A stretch of DNA of 32,238 nucleotides, taken from positions 1 through 32,238 of the IMG/VR virus record IMGVR_UViG_3300005805_000284; one strand, written 5' to 3'. Positions 18,869 through 26,080 of the stretch are shown in pieces. The notes under the pieces were generated by a model that ran no database searches, had not been told where the DNA came from, and worked only from the letters and a program-made list of their open reading frames with translations. The DNA is from a virus (taxonomy: Duplodnaviria > Caudoviricetes). Numbering within the stretch: the stretch's first letter is position 1; each line of letters opens with the position of its first letter. A program made the position numbers and the translations under genes.

Positions 18869-19264
18869 TCACTCCTTCCGCTCCCGCTTGCGTTCCGTCG
18901 TCGCGTGATACTCGCTCGCGAGAATCTTCACCGCGCGCCACCACGTCAGGGACTGATCGAGCAGACCGCCAGACGTCGGGAGTATACCGACCTCCATAAG
19001 ATGCCGAGACTCGGCGACCATAGCCTCCGAGCGTCCGATCGTTCGGTTCGGACATCGCGTCACCGCGAATCCCTGCGGGTTCCCGCCACAGATCGGACAC
19101 GACGCGTCGCCGCCCGAACACTCGGGACACGCGAGAAATGCGAACGGCGACGGCGCGTCGGCGTCGCATCCCCAACGGTCGCGGATTGTCTGCGGGATCT
19201 TTCGACATACTCGGCAGTCCTGCTCGAACCCGCCCGCCGCCGCGCATCCGGCGACGGTCAGGCT
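18869..19264 (-). CDS. Tail assembly chaperone gpT-like extension, expressed as gpGT by -1 frameshift
   Basis: The -1 frame is open across the slippery site and lacks its own good start. LPTSGGLLDQ motif. Ends just before the TMP start. Confidence 0.82.
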   Translation of the reverse strand, partial: SLTVAGCAAAGGFEQDCRVCRKIPQTIRDRWGCDADAPSPFAFLACPECSGGDASCPICGGNPQGFAVTRCPNRTIGRSEAMVAESRHLMEVGILPTSGGLLDQSLTWWRAVKILASEYHATTERKRERKE

Positions 19265-19271
19265 TTTTTTT
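19234..19271 (-). other. Programmed -1 ribosomal frameshift signal
   Basis: A AAA AAA heptamer (19270-19264), 6-nt spacer GCCTGA, then a 9-bp stem CCGTCGCCG / CGGCGGCGG with a 6-nt loop (19257-19234). Confidence 0.85.
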
Positions 19272-19644
19272 CGTCGACCGTGAGCGCGTTCAGCGTGCGA
19301 ATCTGATCGGCGATCTCGCTCCGCCATTCCTTCTTGAGACGAGACAGGAACGCGTCGGTCACGCGTCCGGCCTTGTCTGCGTCGAAGTGAACCATCTTCC
19401 CCGCGCCGTCGCGGAAGTTCTCGACGCCGATCAGACCAAGACGAAGGGTCATAAGATCCTCCGTCCCCGGCTGAAGTCGGAACTCGCCGCCGGAGGACGC
19501 GACCATCTTGCTGTTCTGAATCATCTCGTCGTCGCGGACGGTGAGCGAACGCAGGAGGAAGACGGTCTGATCTTCGACGGGGAGGGATGCGTCCTCGCGC
19601 AGGACGTAGCGGTGTGAACGGTTCGGGTCGAGTGCGATTGCCAT
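19258..19644 (-). CDS. Tail assembly chaperone gpG-like (128 aa)
   Basis: Lies between the tail tube and TMP genes and ends DEKKA at the slippery A-run. Confidence 0.85.
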   Translation of the reverse strand: MAIALDPNRSHRYVLREDASLPVEDQTVFLLRSLTVRDDEMIQNSKMVASSGGEFRLQPGTEDLMTLRLGLIGVENFRDGAGKMVHFDADKAGRVTDAFLSRLKKEWRSEIADQIRTLNALTVDEKKA

Positions 19645-19656
19645 AGCGTGATTCTA

Positions 19657-20619
19657 TCAGGAGATGACGATCGTGATGTCGCCGTCCGGCGTCGTGCTGT
19701 CGGACGTGTCGACGATCTCGAAGTCGATCCCGGCGACCTGAATCCCGTTACGGTTCGCGTCGTTCACGTTCGTCACGCGGCAGTCGCCGAGCGTGAACGT
19801 CTGAACGCGCGTCGAGCCTCCCGTCGTCACGGCGAACGCGAGGGCCTTCGACGTGTTGCCCGCGAGTTGACCGTAGAAGTCATCGGTCGCGACCAGTTCG
19901 AGGTCGGGGTCGATAGAACCCGTCGGGCGGCGATCGGTGATCACCGCATGAAGGAGACCCGAGGACGCGTTCACCGTCTCGCGCAGAACGACGGAGTTTC
20001 CGACGTCGAGGTTAATCGTCGACAGCACGCGAGCCGTTCCGCCCCACGTCGCGCTGACGCCTTGGAAGATGCCCGGGATGCCCGTCTCCTGCGTCGGAAC
20101 CTGTAGCGTGCCGTCCGCGACGCCGTTGTAGACGCCCGTGAACGTGAATCGCGCGAGGAGCGGTTGACCGACGCGACCCTCGAACGTCACCGTCCCGGCG
20201 CATCCCTTCGCCTTAAAGATCACGGCTTCGTCGGTTCCCGTGCCGAACGCGCCGAGCGCGACTTCGATCGTGAGCGTCTTCTGTTCGTCGCCGTTCGACG
20301 TCGGCTTGAGCGTCGAGGTCGAGAGCGCGAAGCCGCACGCCTGAAGCGCGCGTTCCCAGACGTCGAGGGTCGTCGTGTTCGCGGAGTGCCTCACCTCGCA
20401 GGTGAAGGAGATCTGCGCCGCCGTCGTGCCGACGATGCCGGGGAGTTTCGATAGGTACGCCTTCTGCGTGTCCCGGTCGAACCGTCCGAACTGGGTCGTC
20501 GCCTGAATGTCATAGGCGATGATCGCGTAGTCCCCCGCGACAAGTGTCTCCGCCGTTCCCTTGGTCGTCTCGATCTTGAGACCGAGATGCCGCCGCTTAC
20601 TGATGAACGCTTCGCCCAT
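19657..20619 (-). CDS. Major tail tube protein (320 aa)
   Basis: LGLKIETTKG, ALQACGF and ITDRRPTGSIDP motifs. AAGGAGGT RBS. Synteny. Confidence 0.85.
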   Translation of the reverse strand: MGEAFISKRRHLGLKIETTKGTAETLVAGDYAIIAYDIQATTQFGRFDRDTQKAYLSKLPGIVGTTAAQISFTCEVRHSANTTTLDVWERALQACGFALSTSTLKPTSNGDEQKTLTIEVALGAFGTGTDEAVIFKAKGCAGTVTFEGRVGQPLLARFTFTGVYNGVADGTLQVPTQETGIPGIFQGVSATWGGTARVLSTINLDVGNSVVLRETVNASSGLLHAVITDRRPTGSIDPDLELVATDDFYGQLAGNTSKALAFAVTTGGSTRVQTFTLGDCRVTNVNDANRNGIQVAGIDFEIVDTSDSTTPDGDITIVIS

Positions 20620-20622
20620 AGG

Positions 20623-21099
20623 TCACCTCCTTGTCGCGGGATCGTTCGTCGCCGTCCGATACTTCAGATCGACGACAAGTTCGAGTCCCGAGAGCGGTTG
20701 CCCCTGCTCGTCATACAGGGGACGGTTACTCCGAAAGATCAGATCGTCCACGACGCCACCTAGCGTCGGGTTGTTCAGCGCGAGTTCGAGATCGTAAAGC
20801 GCGCCGGAGATCGTCGTGTCCGGCGTCCACGATTCCACGAAGTAGATGATGCGAACCGTCATCGTGCGAACGTAGATATTCCACGTCGACTCCGACGCGC
20901 GCGGCTCGTATGTCTCGTCCTTGCCCGCTAGGTAGATCAGCGGGAAGCGCGGCAGGGTCTGCGCGTTCATCTCGACGCGCTCGACCTGCGGTGTCACCGT
21001 GCCGTTCCACGTCTTCCCGGCGACGACGGTCGCGATCGTCGCGAGTTGCGCGGCGAGCGCGGCGTAGATCGTTTCGCGATATGCGGTCGGCGACGGCAT
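20623..21099 (-). CDS. Putative tail terminator (158 aa)
   Basis: TGATG overlap. RETIYAALAAQL, PLIYL and NPTLGGVV pattern. Immediately precedes the tail tube gene. Confidence 0.72.
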   Translation of the reverse strand: MPSPTAYRETIYAALAAQLATIATVVAGKTWNGTVTPQVERVEMNAQTLPRFPLIYLAGKDETYEPRASESTWNIYVRTMTVRIIYFVESWTPDTTISGALYDLELALNNPTLGGVVDDLIFRSNRPLYDEQGQPLSGLELVVDLKYRTATNDPATRR

Positions 21100-21794
21100 C
21101 AGGGAAGAACCTCCTCGACCTCGAACGACGCCGCGAAGCCGAGCCGGGAGGATTGGTTGAACGACGCGGTGTTCGGGACGACGGCATACGTTCCCGAGTC
21201 GAGGAACGTCGCCGAGGACTCCGTGAAGGTATAGGAACCGCCCCGCTGACCGTACAGAAACGCGCGGATCTCGTACCACTCGTCGGCGGTGATCGACGCC
21301 CACGAGAGCGCGTAGCGGCGGCGAGGGGTGTTGTTCCGATAGTTCACGCGGACGCTCAACGCCTCGGGGTAGGACGACTCGTCAGCGATGCGCGGGAACG
21401 CGAAGTCGAGCGGGAACGACGGGACGGGGAGCGCGGGCGAAGCCCACGCGATCGCCATACCGACCGCCGCGTCGCCGGAAGCCGTCGCCGTGTACGGGGA
21501 GACCTGCTTGCCGAGGTTCCCGTGGGCGAGCGTGTAGACGACCGTGCCTCCGTTCGCGAGGGTCGCCGTCAGGTTGAACCGTAGGCGCGCCGTCGCCGTG
21601 TTCGCGTTCGCGAGCGAGACGAGCGGGACATTCTTGCCGTTCGGGTCGGTGAGCGTCAGGTCGTAGCCGTCCGCGCGCGACTGGAGCGACGTCACGAGCG
21701 AGGCATGATCAAACGGCAGCGAGTTCGTGTCGACGGTCGTTCCCGCCGCGATCGACGAGCCGGAGGCGTTCGAGAGCGTGACGGTCGCGATCAT
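21099..21794 (-). CDS. Virion protein: DUF2341-like N-terminus plus a second gpM/DUF2460-like C-terminal domain (231 aa)
   Basis: ATGA and TGATG overlaps. FDHASLV...ADGYDLTLTD at the N-terminus. The C-terminal RRRYALSW...RGGSYTFT...EEVLP parallels gene 15753-17063. Confidence 0.65.
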   Translation of the reverse strand: MIATVTLSNASGSSIAAGTTVDTNSLPFDHASLVTSLQSRADGYDLTLTDPNGKNVPLVSLANANTATARLRFNLTATLANGGTVVYTLAHGNLGKQVSPYTATASGDAAVGMAIAWASPALPVPSFPLDFAFPRIADESSYPEALSVRVNYRNNTPRRRYALSWASITADEWYEIRAFLYGQRGGSYTFTESSATFLDSGTYAVVPNTASFNQSSRLGFAASFEVEEVLP

Positions 21795-22516
21795 CGGAGA
21801 CCGCCTGTCTTCGACGCCTCGACGACGAGTTTCGCGATCGTCGCCGGGATCGCCGCGAGAACCTTCGGGAGATCGTTCTTGATCGCGTCCGCGTGGATCT
21901 TCTGGAACCCGAGGCGCGGAGGGATCGACGCCTTCCGCAGAAGGATGAACTCCTGCCCGCCGCGCGTCTTCGCGGTCGTCGTCTTCACGACGTCGCCGAA
22001 GCGGGCGTCGCGTTTCACCATACGGTTCCGCGACTTGTAGGACGTCTTCTTCCGATTCGCGATCCATCCGTTCGCGTCCGCCCATTCGAGGAGCGGCGCG
22101 TCGTAACGCTTCGTCATCGAGGTAACGGGAATCCACAGGAACTCGAACCGCTTCGGGGTGATGTCGGGAAGGCGTCCGCCCTTGCCGACGGTTCCGAGTT
22201 CGTGGACGCGGGCGATGCGCGCCGCGTGCGCGTCCATGAAGCCGAGGAACGTCTGGAACCCGACCGACGGAGGCGAGTCTTCCTTCGTCGCCTGCGGGTT
22301 CTGTACGCCGTAGATGAGATTCCCGGCGAGCGTCTTCCCGGTTCGTCGGTTCAGTCCGACGTTGCCGTCGCGACCGCTTAGGCGTTTCGCGAGCGCGCGC
22401 CCGACGTCGCCGACCCACGCGAGGAGCGGGAGCCGGATCCCCTTCTTCGAGATCTCGGGGAACTTGCGGATGACCGCCGCGACGGGTCGCAGGTCGATGT
22501 CGGCGGAGAGTTGCAT
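21791..22516 (-). CDS. Neck / tail completion protein, HK97 gp10-like (241 aa)
   Basis: TGATG overlap. Basic protein with RRTGKTL, ARVHELG, ITPK...LWIP and IPPR motifs. Confidence 0.7.
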   Translation of the reverse strand: MQLSADIDLRPVAAVIRKFPEISKKGIRLPLLAWVGDVGRALAKRLSGRDGNVGLNRRTGKTLAGNLIYGVQNPQATKEDSPPSVGFQTFLGFMDAHAARIARVHELGTVGKGGRLPDITPKRFEFLWIPVTSMTKRYDAPLLEWADANGWIANRKKTSYKSRNRMVKRDARFGDVVKTTTAKTRGGQEFILLRKASIPPRLGFQKIHADAIKNDLPKVLAAIPATIAKLVVEASKTGGLR

Positions 22517-23124
22517 CAGGTGCGCCGCCGATACTGTTCGAGGATCACCTTCACCCACGGCAACCACGAATCCGCGCCGACCGAGACCGATCCGGCGTCG
22601 CCGCTGACCGACGCGATCCCGAGTTCGTTACGACGATGCCACAGGTACGCGACCTGATGGTCGACGGCTCCCGCGATGTCGGGGAACGCGGAGATGAACC
22701 CCGCGGTGTCCGCCGCCATGCCGCCCGTGTAGGTGATCTTCATCGACCTATAGGCGACGTCGACGCCGGGCGTGATGTAGACGTTCTGAGGAATCGCGAG
22801 CGTGAGTAAGCCGCGAGGATCGTAAACGGGCGACCGATACTCCGAGGAGTCCAGTTCCGTCTCCGACCCCCACCCCTGCTCTTCGTCGAACCAGACGCCC
22901 GACACCGCCGACACGGGGTACGCTTTGAGAGCGAACACCCGCTGTTGATTCGTGACGTCGAAGTACTCCGTTCGCGCGGCGATCTGAATCCCTCGGTCGA
23001 GGTACTTTTCGACCGCCGCGCTGACGGTTGCGATGAGGATCGCGACGGTGGTGTTAAACGACGCAGGAGCCGTGCCGCCCGCGTTAACGAGATTCGCGAC
23101 CCGTGTCGTCGTCGTTAGATCCAC
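22516..23124 (-). CDS. Head-tail connector, gp6-like (202 aa)
   Basis: AGGAGG RBS and GTG start. SAAVEKYLDR, YPV, ITYTGG, PDIAGA and LEQYRR motifs. Confidence 0.82.
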   Translation of the reverse strand: MDLTTTTRVANLVNAGGTAPASFNTTVAILIATVSAAVEKYLDRGIQIAARTEYFDVTNQQRVFALKAYPVSAVSGVWFDEEQGWGSETELDSSEYRSPVYDPRGLLTLAIPQNVYITPGVDVAYRSMKITYTGGMAADTAGFISAFPDIAGAVDHQVAYLWHRRNELGIASVSGDAGSVSVGADSWLPWVKVILEQYRRRT

Positions 23125-23136
23125 CGTCGCCTCCTG

Positions 23137-23592
23137 TCAGACCACCACGCGGATATACGTCGAGGACGTAGGAACCGACGCGTCGCCCTCGGTGAGCGCG
23201 ATCATCCCGGCGGTCGGAGCCGTCACCGCGTGCGCGGAAGGAGTAGCCACCAATCGGAGCCACTTCTTACGCGAGCCGCTGAGAAGGTTCACGACGATCG
23301 CGACGGTCGCGTTCGAGTAGGTCGTGTCGGCCATCGAGAGCGCGGTCGTGGTCGCGCCCGTGATGTCGGCGTAGGCGTCGGTCGAGCCGTCGTCGTTCGA
23401 CTCCTGCACCTTGAAGGTGAGGGTCGACGAACCGACGCCCGTGACCGTGCCGATCGCGACGATCGCGGTCGCATGAGTGAAGCCCGTGGTGTTGACGCCG
23501 TTGCCGTTGACGGCACCCGACGCCGTGTACGCGTTGGACTTCGAGAGCGCGCCGCCACACTTGGCGACGTATCCAGTTGCGTTTCCAGCCAT
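23137..23592 (-). CDS. Putative capsid decoration/cement protein (151 aa)
   Basis: Directly after the MCP, with AAAGGA RBS. NGNGVNTTGF, KVQESND...YADITGA and KKWLRLV pattern. Confidence 0.7.
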   Translation of the reverse strand: MAGNATGYVAKCGGALSKSNAYTASGAVNGNGVNTTGFTHATAIVAIGTVTGVGSSTLTFKVQESNDDGSTDAYADITGATTTALSMADTTYSNATVAIVVNLLSGSRKKWLRLVATPSAHAVTAPTAGMIALTEGDASVPTSSTYIRVVV

Positions 23593-23609
23593 GTTGTTTT
23601 CCTTTCGGA

Positions 23610-24737
23610 TCAGGACGCCGCGAAGGACGTGCCCGTACAGACGCTAACGGCGTGGTACGCCTCGACGTCGACTTCTTGGAACGCGGTCACGAGAGTCATG
23701 TCCGCGAGTGCGAGCGTCGCGCCCTCCGAGGTCGCGCGCAGTTCCATCGGCCCCCAGTCGGCGAACACGACGTCCGCAGGGTCGAAGAGGAAGATCGTTC
23801 CCGACGTGATGTTCGTCGTCGTCAGGATCGGGTAGCCGTACAGCGAGCGCGGCTGCTTCTCGACGACGTTCCCGGTCGACAGGATCGGGTAGCCTTGAGT
23901 CGTCGCCGCCTGCGGGAGTTGGATCGCCGCGAGGATCTGGTAATCCGTCGGGTGCATGACCCAAACGAGGTTCGAGATATTCGCGTTGTCGATCTCGATC
24001 TCCTTCACCATCTGCTGCAACTTCGACCACTTCGTGATGTCCGTCGAGGACGTGAACGAGACGGTGTTGATGCCGCTGATGTTCTTCAGACCGAGCGGCT
24101 GACCGCTCACGCCCGAACCCTCGAAGAACGCTGCTTCAACGAGACGGCGCATCACTTCCGCGAGGTCGCGACGGACGAACTCTTCAGCCGCCGCCGGGGT
24201 CTTACGGATGAGCGTGTTCGAGATGCGCGTCGCCGCGCCCGCCTTGTGCGGGTTCATCGACAACATCTCGACCGCCTGATCGGACTCGGTCACCGCCGCC
24301 GCTTCGCCGACCCAGTACCCGGTCGCCGCCGCCGACTGGCGCGGCATCTGAACGGGAGCGTAGGTCAGGCCCGACATACGGGAGACGCCCGCCGTGTCGA
24401 GAACGAGCGGCGAACGCAGGAGCGGGACGAGCGCGTCGCGCATGACGTCGGGCGGAACAAGGAACCCCGCCGCCGTGTCGTTCGCGAGCGTGAGCGACTT
24501 CGCGTTGTAGAACTCGCGGCAGACGTCGCGGGACATCTCCCATTCATCCTTCGCGAGCGACTTATCCTTCGACGCCAACGACGCGATGACGCGCGCGAGC
24601 GAGAACGCCGACGCCGCCTTCGCGTTAGCGGCAGCGACCGGGCGAGCGCGGTTCAGTTCCGCGCGTGCTTCGGCGCGTCCGGCCTCGCGTGCGGCTTGCA
24701 TAGCCTTAGCGAGGGCTTCGGTCTTCGAGATGCCCAT
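23610..24737 (-). CDS. Major capsid protein, HK97 fold (375 aa)
   Basis: GFLVP, WVGE, ISNTLI, GSG...QPLGL, WVMHP and LYGYPI motifs. GGAGGAG RBS. Confidence 0.94.
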   Translation of the reverse strand: MGISKTEALAKAMQAAREAGRAEARAELNRARPVAAANAKAASAFSLARVIASLASKDKSLAKDEWEMSRDVCREFYNAKSLTLANDTAAGFLVPPDVMRDALVPLLRSPLVLDTAGVSRMSGLTYAPVQMPRQSAAATGYWVGEAAAVTESDQAVEMLSMNPHKAGAATRISNTLIRKTPAAAEEFVRRDLAEVMRRLVEAAFFEGSGVSGQPLGLKNISGINTVSFTSSTDITKWSKLQQMVKEIEIDNANISNLVWVMHPTDYQILAAIQLPQAATTQGYPILSTGNVVEKQPRSLYGYPILTTTNITSGTIFLFDPADVVFADWGPMELRATSEGATLALADMTLVTAFQEVDVEAYHAVSVCTGTSFAAS

Positions 24738-24739
24738 GA

Positions 24740-26080
24740 TTAGACTCCTCCGAGTTGTTTCGCGATGAAGCGTCCGAGGGCCTCCTGCGAGGCGAACGGA
24801 TCTTCGTCGTGGGCCTTCGTCGTCGGCTTCGTCATCGCGTCCACACGCGCGACGAGATCGGCGACTTGCTTCGTCAGGGTCGCGAGCGCGTCAGCGTTCG
24901 CGTCCTTTTGTTCTTCGGGTTCGGCGATCGAGTCCATCGCGGGCACTTCGATCTCGACCTCGGTTCCTTCGCCTTCGTCCTCCGACATGAGAACGTCCAC
25001 CATAGCGGCGGCGGCTTCGAGCGCGGCGGACGCGGCGTCCATCTCGCCCGCGCGGTGCGATTCCATCGCCTGCGCGATCAGATCCTTCAGTTCGGCGAGG
25101 GACTTAGTTTCCACGCCTTCGGCGAGCGCGGCTTCGACGGCGGCTTCGGGAGCCTCGGTCGTCGCGACGCTCTCGGTCGTCGTCTCGTTCACGGTTGCCT
25201 CCTTCGTCGTGGTGAACCACGCCTTCAGTTTGACCGCGTCGGCCTCGGCAAGGTCGCGCGGGGTGACGTCATCCCGATACACGGGACGCACGTTGGACTT
25301 TCCTTCGAGGAGCGCGTCGGCGTTCGCGGGGATCGCGACGGCGGACAGTTCGAGGAGTTCGGAGTGTCGGATGTCCGCGCCCTTCACGTCGAGGGGACGG
25401 AAGCCGACGCTAACGGCGTTCATGAACCCGGCCTCGTACATCTGCCGAATCGTGTCGGCGAAGGGGTAGATCTCCTTCGGCACGAACCGAACGCGGAACA
25501 TCAACTGTTCGCCGTCGAGGAACACGTCCTCCGCGCGACCGATCGGGAGTCCGTCGTGTTGGTGTTGGTACAGAACGACGGGGTTCCGCTTGTAGGATTC
25601 GAGATCCCACGACGCGGCGACCGTCTCGCCTGCGCGATCGACGCGAGGAGTCGAACCGACGAACGTGTACAGACCGTCGCCCGACGTCGACGCCTTCACC
25701 TTCGCGGTGAACGTCTTCCCTTTGCGCGCGCGCGCCTTCGCCTCGTTCACAAGTTCCTTCATGCCACCCTCCCCGAGGGTTCCGATCACTCCCCACTTGA
25801 TCTGAGCGATCACGCCGGGGAGCCGATTGTTTCCGAAGTGTCGAGCCGCCCACGCCTCGCGTTCTTTGATCCACTCGACGACGGCTTCGGTCATGTCGCC
25901 GTCGCGCGCCTTGCCCCAGTTCGTGAACGCGGTCGTCCCGCGCTCCATGCCTCCGTTGTTCCAGATGTCCGGGAACTCGTCTCGGAGCGCGACCGCGTAG
26001 TCATAGTCGAACTGAGGGTACGCGGAGTTCCGCAGCGTCACCTCCTGATCGTCGCCCGCCTTCGGAAAGTCGGTCGGCAT
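24740..26080 (-). CDS. Prohead maturation protease (HK97 type) with an N-terminal extra domain and an acidic scaffold-like C-terminus (446 aa)
   Basis: TGATG overlap with the portal stop. DRAGE, NPVVLYQH, PIGR, AVSVGF and ELLELSAVAIPAN motifs. Confidence 0.9.
   Translation of the reverse strand: MPTDFPKAGDDQEVTLRNSAYPQFDYDYAVALRDEFPDIWNNGGMERGTTAFTNWGKARDGDMTEAVVEWIKEREAWAARHFGNNRLPGVIAQIKWGVIGTLGEGGMKELVNEAKARARKGKTFTAKVKASTSGDGLYTFVGSTPRVDRAGETVAASWDLESYKRNPVVLYQHQHDGLPIGRAEDVFLDGEQLMFRVRFVPKEIYPFADTIRQMYEAGFMNAVSVGFRPLDVKGADIRHSELLELSAVAIPANADALLEGKSNVRPVYRDDVTPRDLAEADAVKLKAWFTTTKEATVNETTTESVATTEAPEAAVEAALAEGVETKSLAELKDLIAQAMESHRAGEMDAASAALEAAAAMVDVLMSEDEGEGTEVEIEVPAMDSIAEPEEQKDANADALATLTKQVADLVARVDAMTKPTTKAHDEDPFASQEALGRFIAKQLGGV

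Noticed and set aside
24730-24745. Possible readthrough fusion of protease and capsid
   Set aside because: TAA is followed by 2 nt and then ATG, so the frames differ. The MCP has its own strong RBS and there is no slippery site.
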